Origin: an uncultured delta proteobacterium
Lineage (GTDB): Bacteria > Desulfobacterota > Binatia > Binatales > Binataceae
DNA length: 64,000 bases
Direction of reading: 5' to 3'
NCBI GenBank assembly: GCA_963836955.1
Contig: CAWILO010000004.1
Location: forward strand, 152,916 to 216,915
In this document: piece after piece, positions 47,199 through 57,284 of the stretch
Layout: every line of letters begins with the position of its first letter
Numbering within the stretch: the first letter of the stretch is position 1
Notes under the pieces: generated by a model
The model's input: only the letters and a program-made list of their open reading frames with translations
The model's database searches: none
Told to the model about the DNA's origin: nothing
Position numbers and translations under genes: made by a program

Positions 47199-48230
47199 AT
47201 GGCTGGTCGAACGAAACTACGAGGCACTATTTCCGGGTTTGGCGAGGTTGCTGCCCGGGCCCATCTGCCCGGATGGCGCACGCGCGACGGCGTTGCCATC
47301 GGCGCTATCCACGATCCTGTTTCTGAGCGGCGTCACGAAGCTATTCGGTTGATCAAGAATGTTCGCGTCTATGACGACCTCGAGTTGATGCTTGACGGTG
47401 AGGCTCCCGATTTTGTGGATGTAGCGAGTCCGCCGGGGTTCCATCATGAGGCCGCACGCCTGGCGCTTGAAGCGGGCGCGCACGTCTTGGTCGAGAAGCC
47501 GCTCGCGCTTTCGCTTGGCGAGTTCGATAGGCTTGCAGGCTTGGCCGCCGAGAAACGACGGGTCTTGATGTGCGTGCACAATTGGAAGTACGCACCGGCG
47601 TACGCGGCTACGCGCAAGGCGATCGAGGCCGGCAGGCTCGGCCCAATTCGCTTCATGTCGATCGACCGGTTGCGGACAGAGCCTGCGGGCGCTGGAGGAA
47701 GCGGTGGCAAGTGGCGCGCATCAGCGGCGTCGGGTGGCGGGATTCTGATCGATCACGGATGGCACGTTTTCTACCTGATGAACTGGCTGCTTGGAGGTGA
47801 TTCGCCGGTGTCGATATCGGCACGGCTCGAGTCGCCGGCCGGCGTCGACGTCGACGACGTGGCCGAGGTGCGAATCAGGTTCGCGAACGGATCGCTCTCT
47901 CGGGCACATCTTTCGTGGCGGGCGCCGGTGCGCAGAACTTCGGCGCTCATCTATGGAGAGCGGGCGTGTATCGAAATTGAAGGTGATCGGATGACGATTA
48001 CGGATCGCGCCGGGAAGGTTGAGGACCTGTCGCTCGCGGATGCAGCCGACGATTCATACCATTCGACATGGTTCGCCGGCGTTGCGGAAGAGTTCGAGCG
48101 AGCGGTCACCGAAGGAACCGATTCGCCCGTTGCAAGGCGCAATCTGGCCGAGGCGCGGGTCGCGCTCATGCTAATCGACGCAGCACGGAAATCGTCTATC
48201 AACAACGGCGTAGAGATATATCTCCCGTAA
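47199..48230 (+). CDS. Gfo/Idh/MocA family oxidoreductase
   Basis: GFGEVA, HVLVEKPL, GGGILIDHGWH. Confidence 0.9.
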   Translation: MAGRTKLRGTISGFGEVAARAHLPGWRTRDGVAIGAIHDPVSERRHEAIRLIKNVRVYDDLELMLDGEAPDFVDVASPPGFHHEAARLALEAGAHVLVEKPLALSLGEFDRLAGLAAEKRRVLMCVHNWKYAPAYAATRKAIEAGRLGPIRFMSIDRLRTEPAGAGGSGGKWRASAASGGGILIDHGWHVFYLMNWLLGGDSPVSISARLESPAGVDVDDVAEVRIRFANGSLSRAHLSWRAPVRRTSALIYGERACIEIEGDRMTITDRAGKVEDLSLADAADDSYHSTWFAGVAEEFERAVTEGTDSPVARRNLAEARVALMLIDAARKSSINNGVEIYLP

Positions 48231-48280
48231 AATCAAATAGTTAGGCTCAAATTCAGACCTTTGCCGGTTTTAGATCGCGC

Positions 48281-48358
48281 TGACCGCCTGACCGCTCGGA
48301 CGGTCGCTCTTGACTTTCGGGATTGTGACGGTAAAGTTTCCATTGACCGAAAGGTTAG
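48281..48358 (+). promoter_or_regulatory. Promoter with TetR-type operator-like palindromes
   Basis: GACCG-ctcgga-CGGTC, TTGACT-N16-TAAAGT, TGACC-gaaa-GGTTA upstream of the TetR/hpn operon. Confidence 0.45.
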
Positions 48359-48439
48359 CCGCAATATTGAGACAAGAAGATGATGGCGGCTCGGATTATC
48401 GAACGATAGCTTACGGTCGCTACGATATCGGTTTTTCTC

Positions 48440-49150
48440 GTGGCTACGACTGACGACAGGAGAAGGGCGGGGAATCAGCCCCCGACTATGGGCGCATCGC
48501 AGATCAAAGTGGGGACATCGGAGCCGGGCAGCCAGTCGCAGGATTCGCGAGACGAGATCCTGAAGGCCGCCATGCAGCTATTTGCCAATCGCGGGTTTCA
48601 TGAGACTTCGATGTCGGAAGTGGCGCGCGAGGCGCGAGTCAGCAAGGCGCTGATTTTCTGGCATTTCAAGACCAAGGAAGACCTGTTCGTCGCCGTGCTG
48701 AACCGGCTGCTGGAGCCGTACTTTATCGATTTTACCGAAGAAGCGGCGGCGATGGACGAGCGCGCGCAGATCGAGAAGCTGGTCGAGTCTTACCTGTCGT
48801 TCGTGCGCGACAACGCCAGCTCGGTGCGATTTTTCCTCGCGCAGATGCTGCACGACCAGAAGCTGTCCGAGAGTCTCAACGAGCAGGTGCTCAGGCTGTA
48901 CAGCGGATATCGCGCGATGCTGGTCGAGCTGATCAAGAGCGCGCAGGAGAAGGGAATCTGTGCGCGGCGGTCGGCACCGGAATCGGCGGCGGCGTTTCTG
49001 CTGTCGGCGCTTAATGGATTGCTGATCGAGTATTTGTTCATGGGTGCCAACGCGATCGACCCGGAAGGGGCGGTAGCAATGGTAGGGGAATGGCTGTTCG
49101 GCCCGTCGGTCTCATCTTCATCGTCGGAAGGCGGCGCGCCAGCCGCCTGA
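48440..49150 (+). CDS. TetR/AcrR family regulator
   Basis: ILKAAMQLFANRGFHETSMSEVAREARVSKALIFWHFKTKEDL. Confidence 0.92.
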   Translation: MATTDDRRRAGNQPPTMGASQIKVGTSEPGSQSQDSRDEILKAAMQLFANRGFHETSMSEVAREARVSKALIFWHFKTKEDLFVAVLNRLLEPYFIDFTEEAAAMDERAQIEKLVESYLSFVRDNASSVRFFLAQMLHDQKLSESLNEQVLRLYSGYRAMLVELIKSAQEKGICARRSAPESAAAFLLSALNGLLIEYLFMGANAIDPEGAVAMVGEWLFGPSVSSSSSEGGAPAA

Positions 49151-49184
49151 TTTTCTTCAACATATCCAGGAGAACGCACCAGTT

Positions 49185-50189
49185 ATGCGCATTCCATTGA
49201 GACAAATGATCGATCTCGGCCGCTACATGCGCGCGAAGAAACGAGCGGGCGAGAAATACTTTCCACTAGTGCTGATGCTCGAGCCGCTGCACGCGTGCAA
49301 CCTCGCGTGTATCGGATGCGGGCGAATCGTCGAGTACAAGGACACCATCCGCGACATGATGCCGCTTGACGAGGCGCTGCATTCGGCGGAGGAAGCAGGC
49401 GCGCCGATCGTGTCGATCTGCGGCGGCGAGCCGCTGATGTACAAGCATATCGCGGCACTGACGCGCGGGCTGATCGAGGATCAGAAACGTCACGTGATGA
49501 TCTGCACGAATGCGATCCTGCTCGAGCGATTCGTCAAGCAGGTTCCGCCGAGCACATATTTGAGCTTCAACCTGCACCTGGACGGTATGCGCGAGACCAA
49601 CGATCGCGTAACGGACAGGGTGGGGCATTTCGACATCGTCGTGAAGATGATCAAGATGCTGAAGGAAAAGGGCTACCGCGTGCAGACCAACACGACGGTG
49701 TTCCGCGAGACCAGCGGCCGGGAGCTCGAGGACATGGTCAAGTTTCTGACGAGCCTCGGCGTCGATGGGATGTTGCTGAGTCCCGGCTATCACTACCAGG
49801 TGCTGAACAACGACCAAGAGTATCTCAAGAAGGAAGAGATGCCGGCGAAGTTTATCAAGGTTCGCGACATGGCGAACGATTATAAAATCATCAACACGCC
49901 GATTTACCTGGACTACCTGGTCGGCAAGCGCGACATGCAATGCAGTCCGTGGACGACGGTGACGCGCAATCCGCAAGGATGGAAGGGGCCGTGCTACCTG
50001 ATAACGAACGGTCACTACAAGACGTTCGACGAGATGCATGCGGCGACCGACTGGGAATACTATCGAACCAAGCAGGATTTCCGCTGTCGCGACTGCAAGC
50101 TGCATTCGGGATTCGAAGGCACCGTGGCGCTCGAGTTCGGGAAGAATCTCAAGGACTCGTGGCGGATGGTGCGGCACTACGTTGCGTGA
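49185..50189 (+). CDS. hpnH: Adenosyl-hopene transferase (radical SAM)
   Basis: FPLVLMLEPLHACNLACIGC, GGEPL, C-terminal CRDCKLHSGFE; shc context. Confidence 0.93.
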   Translation: MRIPLRQMIDLGRYMRAKKRAGEKYFPLVLMLEPLHACNLACIGCGRIVEYKDTIRDMMPLDEALHSAEEAGAPIVSICGGEPLMYKHIAALTRGLIEDQKRHVMICTNAILLERFVKQVPPSTYLSFNLHLDGMRETNDRVTDRVGHFDIVVKMIKMLKEKGYRVQTNTTVFRETSGRELEDMVKFLTSLGVDGMLLSPGYHYQVLNNDQEYLKKEEMPAKFIKVRDMANDYKIINTPIYLDYLVGKRDMQCSPWTTVTRNPQGWKGPCYLITNGHYKTFDEMHAATDWEYYRTKQDFRCRDCKLHSGFEGTVALEFGKNLKDSWRMVRHYVA

Positions 50190-50289
50190 TGAATCGCAAG
50201 CGCGGTCGAAGCGGAGCGCGCTCGCGCGCGGCTAGCCCGTGACCCTTCCGATGTGGGACGAAGAGATTTCCCGAAAAGAGAAACGAGAC

Positions 50290-51180
50290 GTGTTCGACTT
50301 GCACAGCTATTTGAAGGAGCGCGCGCAGTTAATCGAGCGCGCCCTCGCGCGCAGCGTCGAGGAACCCGCGGGCGCGGCGGCGCGCCTGCATGAGGCGATG
50401 CGCTACTCGCTGCTGGCAGGCGGCAAACGGCTGCGGCCAGTGCTCGTGCTCGCGTCGTGCGAGGCGGTCGGCGGGAAGATCGACGCGGCGATGGGTCTCG
50501 CGTGCGCGGTCGAGATGATTCACACCTACTCGCTGATTCACGACGACCTGCCGTGCATGGACGACGACGACATGCGCCGTGGACGCCCGACCAATCACAA
50601 AGTCTACGGCGAGGCGATCGCGACGCTTGCGGGTGACGCTCTCCTGACGGACGCATTCAAGGTGCTCGCGCTCTCGGCCGACCGGAGCGCGTCGCCATCG
50701 CTCGTGCTCGAGACTGTCGCGGAGCTTGCCACGGCGGCGGGATCCAGCGGGATGGTCGCGGGCCAGGTTATCGATCTGCTCGGCGAGGGCAAGTCGAAGA
50801 CGGTCGAGGAGCTCGAAGAACTGCACGGCAAGAAGACCGGCGCGCTGTTCCTGGCGTCGGTGCGCGGTGGTGCGCGGCTCGGCGGTGCGAGCGCGGCGCA
50901 AATCGAGTCGCTCGACGCTTACGCGCGTGCGCTCGGACTCGCGTTCCAGGTCGTCGATGACCTGCTCGACGTTCAAGGCACGACCGAGCAGATGGGCAAG
51001 CGCACACACAAGGACTTCGATCGCGGCAAAGCGACGTATCCCGCGATATTGGGAGTCGAGCGCTCGATGGATTTGGCGCGCGAGCTGGAAACGCGGGCGC
51101 ATCGCGCAATCGTGGGCTTAGGCGATCGCGCAGAACCGCTGCGGCATATCGCGACCTTCGTCGTGGAGCGCAAGCTGTGA
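50290..51180 (+). CDS. ispA: Farnesyl diphosphate synthase (polyprenyl synthetase)
   Basis: GGKRLRP, HDDLPCMDDDDMRRG, KTG, FQVVDDLLD; GTG start inferred. Confidence 0.92.
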   Translation: MFDLHSYLKERAQLIERALARSVEEPAGAAARLHEAMRYSLLAGGKRLRPVLVLASCEAVGGKIDAAMGLACAVEMIHTYSLIHDDLPCMDDDDMRRGRPTNHKVYGEAIATLAGDALLTDAFKVLALSADRSASPSLVLETVAELATAAGSSGMVAGQVIDLLGEGKSKTVEELEELHGKKTGALFLASVRGGARLGGASAAQIESLDAYARALGLAFQVVDDLLDVQGTTEQMGKRTHKDFDRGKATYPAILGVERSMDLARELETRAHRAIVGLGDRAEPLRHIATFVVERKL

Positions 51181-52244
51181 GCGCGGCCGAAGCTGCGGTG
51201 AGAGTTGCCGCGCCACATTCGCGCCAGGCCGTGCTGGTCGAACCGGGACGCCTCGAGCTGCGCGAATACGTCGCGCCGCATTCGGGACCGGGCGAGTTGC
51301 TGATTCAAATTCGGTGCGCGCTCAGTTGCGGCACCGATCTGAAGACGTTTCGGCGCGGACATCCGCTGTGGAAGCTTCCTGTAGCCTTCGGGCACGAGTT
51401 TTCCGGCGTGGTGGCGGAAGCCGGCGATGGTGTGACGGCGTTCAAAGTCGGCGACGAGATCATGGCGGCGCCGACCGCGCCATGCGGAATCTGTTTCTTC
51501 TGCCAGCATGGGCAGGAAAATCTTTGCGACGATGCGGTCGGGCGCATGGTGCTCGGTGCGTATGCGGACATGCTGCTCCTGCCGGCCCATGTCGTCGCGC
51601 GCAACACGTTTATCAAGCCTGCGGATTTGCCATTTGAAGAAGCCGCGCTGCTCGAGCCGCTCTCGTGCGTGGTTCACGCGAACGAAATGGCGCGTCCGCA
51701 AAAAAACGAGACCGTGGTGATCATCGGTGCCGGCGCGTTCGGCTTGTTGCACATGCTCGTACTGAAGGCCGCGGGCGTGCGCGAGGTCGTAGTCATCGGA
51801 CGCGGCGCCGAGCGCTTGAAATGGGCGGCCGAGATGGGCGCGGACAAGGTCGTTGACGCGCGCAACGCCGACGCTGCCGCGGAAATCGCACGGCTCAACA
51901 GCGGCTTCGGTCCAGACCTGGTGATCGAGTGCACGGGACAGGTCGAAGGCTGGCAGGATGCGGTGGCGCGAGTACGGCGTGGCGGACGCGTGGTTTTTTT
52001 CGGCGGATGTCCGCAAGGAACCGCGCTGAATGTCGATACGCGGCTGATGCATTACGACAATCTCACGTTGATGGCGCCGTTTCATTTTCGGCCGCGCGAC
52101 GTGCGGCGCGCCTATGAATTGTTGACGACGCGCGCATTGAATCCGGGGGCAATAGTCAACGCGCGAATGCCGCTCAGCGATTTGTCCAAAGTATTTGCGA
52201 TGCTCGAGCGCGGCGTGGTTTTGAAATGCGCCATTATTCCTTAG
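51177..52244 (+). CDS. Zinc-dependent alcohol dehydrogenase (MDR)
   Basis: CGTD, GHE, CGICFFC......C, IGAGAFG. Confidence 0.9.
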   Translation: MSAAEAAVRVAAPHSRQAVLVEPGRLELREYVAPHSGPGELLIQIRCALSCGTDLKTFRRGHPLWKLPVAFGHEFSGVVAEAGDGVTAFKVGDEIMAAPTAPCGICFFCQHGQENLCDDAVGRMVLGAYADMLLLPAHVVARNTFIKPADLPFEEAALLEPLSCVVHANEMARPQKNETVVIIGAGAFGLLHMLVLKAAGVREVVVIGRGAERLKWAAEMGADKVVDARNADAAAEIARLNSGFGPDLVIECTGQVEGWQDAVARVRRGGRVVFFGGCPQGTALNVDTRLMHYDNLTLMAPFHFRPRDVRRAYELLTTRALNPGAIVNARMPLSDLSKVFAMLERGVVLKCAIIP

Positions 52245-52309
52245 TCAGGTTGCGGCGAAGTTGTGGCGGTTCCCGCGGGATGCGGGCTGAGTCGAGACAG
52301 GGGTGAAAT

Positions 52310-54268
52310 ATGAGCCAGGCGATTGATATTGGAAACACGGCGATGGCGATGTCGCCGCATGACGAGTTCGTCGCGAAAGTTGACTACACAATCGAACTTG
52401 CACAGCGTTCGATGCTCGCGCTGCAGAAGCCCGAGGGCTACTGGCATGCGCCGCTCGAAGCGAACGCCGAGATGAACGCCGAGTTCATTATCTTCAACCA
52501 TTTCATGGACACGGTTGACGTCGAGCTCGAAGCGCGGCTGAAGAAGCATCTGCTCGACATTCAGAGCTCGGATGGGAGCTGGGCGCTTTACAAAGGTGGC
52601 GAAGGGTATCTTTCGCTTACAATCGAAGCGTACTTCGCGCTGAAACTCACAGGCATGCGTGCGGGTGATGAGCCGATGGCGGCGGCGCGTCGGTGGATCC
52701 TGTCGAAGGGCGGCATCGTGAATTGCGGTACGCTCGCGCGCTTTTACCTGGCGGCGATGGGACAGATTACGTGGGACGCGACTGCGGCGCTGCCGGTCGA
52801 GCTCTCACTTTTCCCGAACTGGTTCCAATTTAACATTTACGAGCTCAGTTCATGGGCGCGCGGAACGTTGATGGGATTGATGATGCTGCAGGCGGCGCGT
52901 CCCGAGAAAAAAATCGACTACCAGCGCGGAGTGCTCGAGCTGTTTATAGAGCCGCCGCACTTTACGAAGTTCAAACAGCCGCGCGGCAAGAAGACGCTGT
53001 CGCTTCGCAATGCGCTCAACTTCGCGGACAAGGCACTGCGCTTCTACGATCGGCACAAAATAAAATCTTTGCGCGCACGTGCGCTGCGTCATACCGAAAA
53101 CTGGCTGCTCGAGCATCAAGAAGCCAACGGTTCGTGGGGCGGTATCGAGCCGTGCTACCTGCTGAGCGCGATGGCTCTGAAAGCCAACGGCTACCGTAAC
53201 GACCATCCGGTGCTGAAGAAGGCGCTCGAGGCGTCGCACGAGTTGATCTGGCATTTCAACGACTACGACATGTACATGCCGTGCGTGTCGGTCAACTGGG
53301 ACACGGCGCTCGCCGGGCGCGCGCTGCTGGACTCGGGGATGCCGGGCGACCATCCGGCGGTCAAGCAGACCTCGCAGTGGCTTATCGATCATCAGATCTT
53401 CAAGAAGGGCGATTGGTCGATCAAACGGCCTGACCTCGAACCGGGTGGATGGGCATTCGAGTTTTACAACGATTGGTATCCCGATGTGGACGACTCGGCG
53501 GTGATCCTTTCAGTTTTGGCCGATTCGACTGTAGACGATGCCGCGGCTCGGGAACGGGCGATTCGGGTTGGCGCGAATTGGGTGATGGGAATGCAGTCGA
53601 GCGACGGCGGCTTCGCGGCGTTCGACACCGACAACAATTCGAGCTGGCTAAATCATCTGCCGCTGGCGGACGTCGAGGCGGTGACCGATCCGTCATGTCC
53701 CGATCTCACGGGGCATGTGCTCGAGATGATGGCGTCGGTCGGCTATCGGGCCGACCATCCGGTGGCGAAGCGCGCGATTGACTGGCTCAAGAAAAATCAA
53801 TCGGCGGCTGGCGGATGGTGGGGACGGTGGGGCATCAACTATATCTACGGCACGCACTGCGTGCTGGCGGGTCTGCGTGCGATCGGCGTCGATATGAACG
53901 AGCCGTGGATCAAGCGGTCGGTCAAGTGGCTCAAGTCGAAGCAGAATCCGGACGGCGGCTGGGGCGAGAGCCCGCTTTCGGACAAAGATCCTGCGTGGCA
54001 CGGACGCGGAGTCACCACCGCGTCACAGACGGCGTGGGCGCTGATCGGGTTGGTCGCGGGCGAGTCGGAAATCAGCGAATCCGCAATGCGCGGCGCGCAA
54101 TGGCTCTCAGAGCGGCAGAACGAAGAGGGCACGTGGGACGAGCTGGAATCGACCGGCAGCGGATTTCCGAACCATTTCTATCTTCGCTACTACATGTACG
54201 CGCATTACTTTCCGCTGATGGCGCTCGGGCGATTCCGAAAGCGGTTGGCGGAGACGGCACTGCATTGA
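52310..54268 (+). CDS. shc: Squalene-hopene cyclase
   Basis: QW repeats (Q..DGSW), YPDVDDSA catalytic DxDD, FPNHFYLRY. Confidence 0.96.
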   Translation: MSQAIDIGNTAMAMSPHDEFVAKVDYTIELAQRSMLALQKPEGYWHAPLEANAEMNAEFIIFNHFMDTVDVELEARLKKHLLDIQSSDGSWALYKGGEGYLSLTIEAYFALKLTGMRAGDEPMAAARRWILSKGGIVNCGTLARFYLAAMGQITWDATAALPVELSLFPNWFQFNIYELSSWARGTLMGLMMLQAARPEKKIDYQRGVLELFIEPPHFTKFKQPRGKKTLSLRNALNFADKALRFYDRHKIKSLRARALRHTENWLLEHQEANGSWGGIEPCYLLSAMALKANGYRNDHPVLKKALEASHELIWHFNDYDMYMPCVSVNWDTALAGRALLDSGMPGDHPAVKQTSQWLIDHQIFKKGDWSIKRPDLEPGGWAFEFYNDWYPDVDDSAVILSVLADSTVDDAAARERAIRVGANWVMGMQSSDGGFAAFDTDNNSSWLNHLPLADVEAVTDPSCPDLTGHVLEMMASVGYRADHPVAKRAIDWLKKNQSAAGGWWGRWGINYIYGTHCVLAGLRAIGVDMNEPWIKRSVKWLKSKQNPDGGWGESPLSDKDPAWHGRGVTTASQTAWALIGLVAGESEISESAMRGAQWLSERQNEEGTWDELESTGSGFPNHFYLRYYMYAHYFPLMALGRFRKRLAETALH

Positions 54269-54278
54269 GCAGGTCGCT

Positions 54279-55448
54279 ATGAAAGCGATTTCAATTCTCG
54301 GCTCGACCGGATCGGTCGGCGTTACGACACTGGACGTGGTCGGGCGATTCAGCGATCGATTTCGCGTCGTCGCGATGGCCGCGGGACGCAACCTCGATCT
54401 GCTGACGGAGCAGGTCAAGCGCTTTCAGCCCGAACTCGTCTCGGTGGCGACACCCGAACTCGCACGCGAGCTTGCGACGCGCGTCGGTTCGCAGCGTGTC
54501 ACGATTGTGCATGGACTCGAAGGCGCGATCGCCGTCGCGACGCACCCCGAGGCGAAGCTGGTGATGTCGGCGCTGGTCGGTGCGATGGGATTGCAGCCGA
54601 CGCTGGCCGCAATCAAGGCCGGCAAGGACATCGCGTTCGCAAACAAGGAAGTGCTGGTCATCGCGGGCGAGCTGATTACCGCGGCGGTGCGCGAAAATCG
54701 CGTGCGGCTGCTGCCGGTCGACAGCGAGCACAACGCGGTTTTCCAATGCCTGGAAGGGCGCGGGCGCGAGTCGTTGAAGCGGATCATTCTGACGGCGTCG
54801 GGCGGCCCGTTTCGCGAGCTGCCGGCCGACAGTTTCGAATCGATAACTGTCGAGCAAGCGCTGAAGCATCCGACCTGGGTGATGGGCAGCAAGATTACGA
54901 TCGACTCGGCGACGCTGATGAACAAGGGCCTCGAGGTGATCGAGGCGCGCTGGCTGTTCGACCTCAAGGCCGCCGAAGTATCGGTGGTGATTCATCCGCA
55001 GAGCGTCATTCACTCGATGGTCGAGATGATCGACGGCTCGGTGATTGCAGAGATGGCGATTCCCGACATGGCGATTCCGGTGGCCTACGCGCTGGCATAT
55101 CCGGAACGGTTGCCGATGACGCATCTGAAGCCGTTGTCGCTCGCGGAAAATTCGCGGCTGACGTTTGAGGAACCCGACTTGAGGCGCTTCCCGTGTCTGC
55201 GGCTGGCGTTCGACGCGCTGGCGGCGGGGAACACGATGACCGCGTGCCTCAACGCCGCCAACGAGGAACTAGTGGCGGGGTTTCTGGCGGGGCGCGTGCG
55301 TTTCATGGATATCCCGCGTCATATCGAGACGGTGATGAATCGACATCACAATTCGCCGGCGCGGACGATCGAAGATTTGCTGGAGACCGACGGATGGGCG
55401 CGAGCCGCTGCGCGCGAACTTATCGGAGCGCGGCCGGTCGCAGCCTGA
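54279..55448 (+). CDS. dxr: 1-deoxy-D-xylulose 5-phosphate reductoisomerase
   Basis: LGSTGSVG, ANKE, LPVDSEH, TASGGPFR, HPTWVMG.KITIDSAT. Confidence 0.97.
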   Translation: MKAISILGSTGSVGVTTLDVVGRFSDRFRVVAMAAGRNLDLLTEQVKRFQPELVSVATPELARELATRVGSQRVTIVHGLEGAIAVATHPEAKLVMSALVGAMGLQPTLAAIKAGKDIAFANKEVLVIAGELITAAVRENRVRLLPVDSEHNAVFQCLEGRGRESLKRIILTASGGPFRELPADSFESITVEQALKHPTWVMGSKITIDSATLMNKGLEVIEARWLFDLKAAEVSVVIHPQSVIHSMVEMIDGSVIAEMAIPDMAIPVAYALAYPERLPMTHLKPLSLAENSRLTFEEPDLRRFPCLRLAFDALAAGNTMTACLNAANEELVAGFLAGRVRFMDIPRHIETVMNRHHNSPARTIEDLLETDGWARAAARELIGARPVAA

Positions 55449-55452
55449 GACG

Positions 55453-56379
55453 ATGGCAAGCGCGCGGGCCAACGTGCAAAGCGGGGGAACGTCGTACGCG
55501 GCGAGTGCGGCGCGCGACGCGTCGACGCCGGCGGGAACGTTCGACGTCGCGAGCGCGTACGAATTCTGCTCGCGCCTGGCGAAATCGCACTACGAAAATT
55601 TCACGGTCGCGTCGTGGCTGATGCCGCGCGCGATGCGTCCGCCTATGTACGCGATTTACGCGTACGCGCGGATGGCCGACGATTTTGCCGATGAGCATCA
55701 CGACCGCGGGATGCTCGACGAGTGGGAGCGCGAGCTCGACCTGGCGTACGCCGGCACGCCGCGCCATCCGGTGTTTATCGCGCTCGCGGACACGGTGCGG
55801 CGATTTGAAATTCCGCGCGAGCCTTTCAAGGACCTGCTGACCGCCTTTCGATCCGACGTTGATTTCAAAGGCTTCGACACGATCGACGATCTGCTCGGTT
55901 ACTCGCGCTACTCGGCGAATCCAGTCGGCCGGCTGGTGCTTTACCTGTTCGGCTATCGCGACGCCGAGCGGCAGCATCTGTCGGACCTGGTTTGCAGCGG
56001 ATTGCAGCTCGCCAACTTCTGGCAGGACGTGGCGGTCGACCTCGACAAGGGACGAATTTATTTTCCGCGCCGCGACATGGAAAGATTCGGAGTGACGCCG
56101 GCGGACCTGGCGGCGCATACGTGCTCGCGCGAGTTCACGGATTTGATGCGTCATGAAGTGGGCGTCGCGCGCGCGATGCTGGTGGAGGGAGGGGAATTGC
56201 ACAAGCTGGTGGACAAGCGCCTGCGACGCGACATCGTGATGTTCGCGGGCGGTGGGCTGGCGATTCTACGCGCGATCGAGCGCGTCAAATACGACGTGTT
56301 CCGGATGCGTCCGGAACTTGCGAAACTCGACTACCTGAAACTCGGATGGAGTGCGATTTGTGGCCGGCTTGAAGCTTGA
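55453..56379 (+). CDS. hpnC: Hydroxysqualene synthase HpnC
   Basis: HYENFTVASWL, YARMADDFAD, SANPVGRLVL, LQLANFWQDV. Confidence 0.93.
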   Translation: MASARANVQSGGTSYAASAARDASTPAGTFDVASAYEFCSRLAKSHYENFTVASWLMPRAMRPPMYAIYAYARMADDFADEHHDRGMLDEWERELDLAYAGTPRHPVFIALADTVRRFEIPREPFKDLLTAFRSDVDFKGFDTIDDLLGYSRYSANPVGRLVLYLFGYRDAERQHLSDLVCSGLQLANFWQDVAVDLDKGRIYFPRRDMERFGVTPADLAAHTCSREFTDLMRHEVGVARAMLVEGGELHKLVDKRLRRDIVMFAGGGLAILRAIERVKYDVFRMRPELAKLDYLKLGWSAICGRLEA

Positions 56380-56422
56380 CGGCAACGACGCCGGCGTCGA
56401 GGAAGTCGCGGGCCGCGAGGAC

Positions 56423-57283
56423 GTGTCGCTCGCCGCCGACTACGAACGCTGCGCGCAAATCACACGGCGCTCGCGCTCCAGTTTTTACTACGCGTTCATT
56501 CTGCTGCCGCCCGAGCGGCGCCGGGCGCTCCACGCAGTTTACGCCTTCTGCCGTTTCATCGACGACATCGCCGACGACGAGGCGATTCGCGAGCCCGCGC
56601 TGTTGCTTCGACGGTGGCGCGAGGAACTTGATCGCGTCTATGAGGGCGCGCCGACCCGCGCACTTTCCCGTGCGCTCGCCGACAGCGCGCGACGATTCAA
56701 GATTCCGCGGGAGTTGTTCGAGGAAATTATCAACGGCGTCGAGATGGATCTTTCGCGCAAGCGCTACCAGAGCTGGGAAGAGCTGCAGCCGTACTGCTAT
56801 CGCGTCGCGTCGGCGTTAGGTCTTATCTGCATCGAGATTTTCGGCTATCGCAATTCGTCGGCGAAGATTTACGCGGAGAACCTCGGACTCGCACTTCAAT
56901 TGACGAATATTTTGCGCGACGTGCGCGAGGACGCCGAACGTGGACGGATTTATCTTCCGCTGGAGGAGCTCGCGCGCTTCAAGGTTGGCGAGGACGAGAT
57001 TCTCGGCGGCGTGTACTCGGCGAATTTCGTCAACCTGATGGACTTCGAAGCCAGGCGCGCGCAGGAGCTTTACGCGAATGCGCAGAACGCGCTCGCGCCG
57101 GAGGATCGCGCAACCCTGCTGACAGCAGAGGCGATGCGGCTCATCTACGCCGCGCTGCTCGGAAGAATTATCAAGTCGAACTATCGCGTGCTTGACCGCC
57201 GCCACAGCCTCTCCGCGCCGCACAAGCTCTACCTGGTCGGCCGCGCGTGGGCGGTGGGACGCCTCGGCGCGCTGCGCGGCTAG
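56423..57283 (+). CDS. hpnD: Presqualene diphosphate synthase HpnD
   Basis: SSFYYAF, FCRFIDDIAD, QLTNILRDVREDAERGRIYLP; start uncertain (ORF open from 56351). Confidence 0.9.
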   Translation: MSLAADYERCAQITRRSRSSFYYAFILLPPERRRALHAVYAFCRFIDDIADDEAIREPALLLRRWREELDRVYEGAPTRALSRALADSARRFKIPRELFEEIINGVEMDLSRKRYQSWEELQPYCYRVASALGLICIEIFGYRNSSAKIYAENLGLALQLTNILRDVREDAERGRIYLPLEELARFKVGEDEILGGVYSANFVNLMDFEARRAQELYANAQNALAPEDRATLLTAEAMRLIYAALLGRIIKSNYRVLDRRHSLSAPHKLYLVGRAWAVGRLGALRG

Positions 57284-57284
57284 A

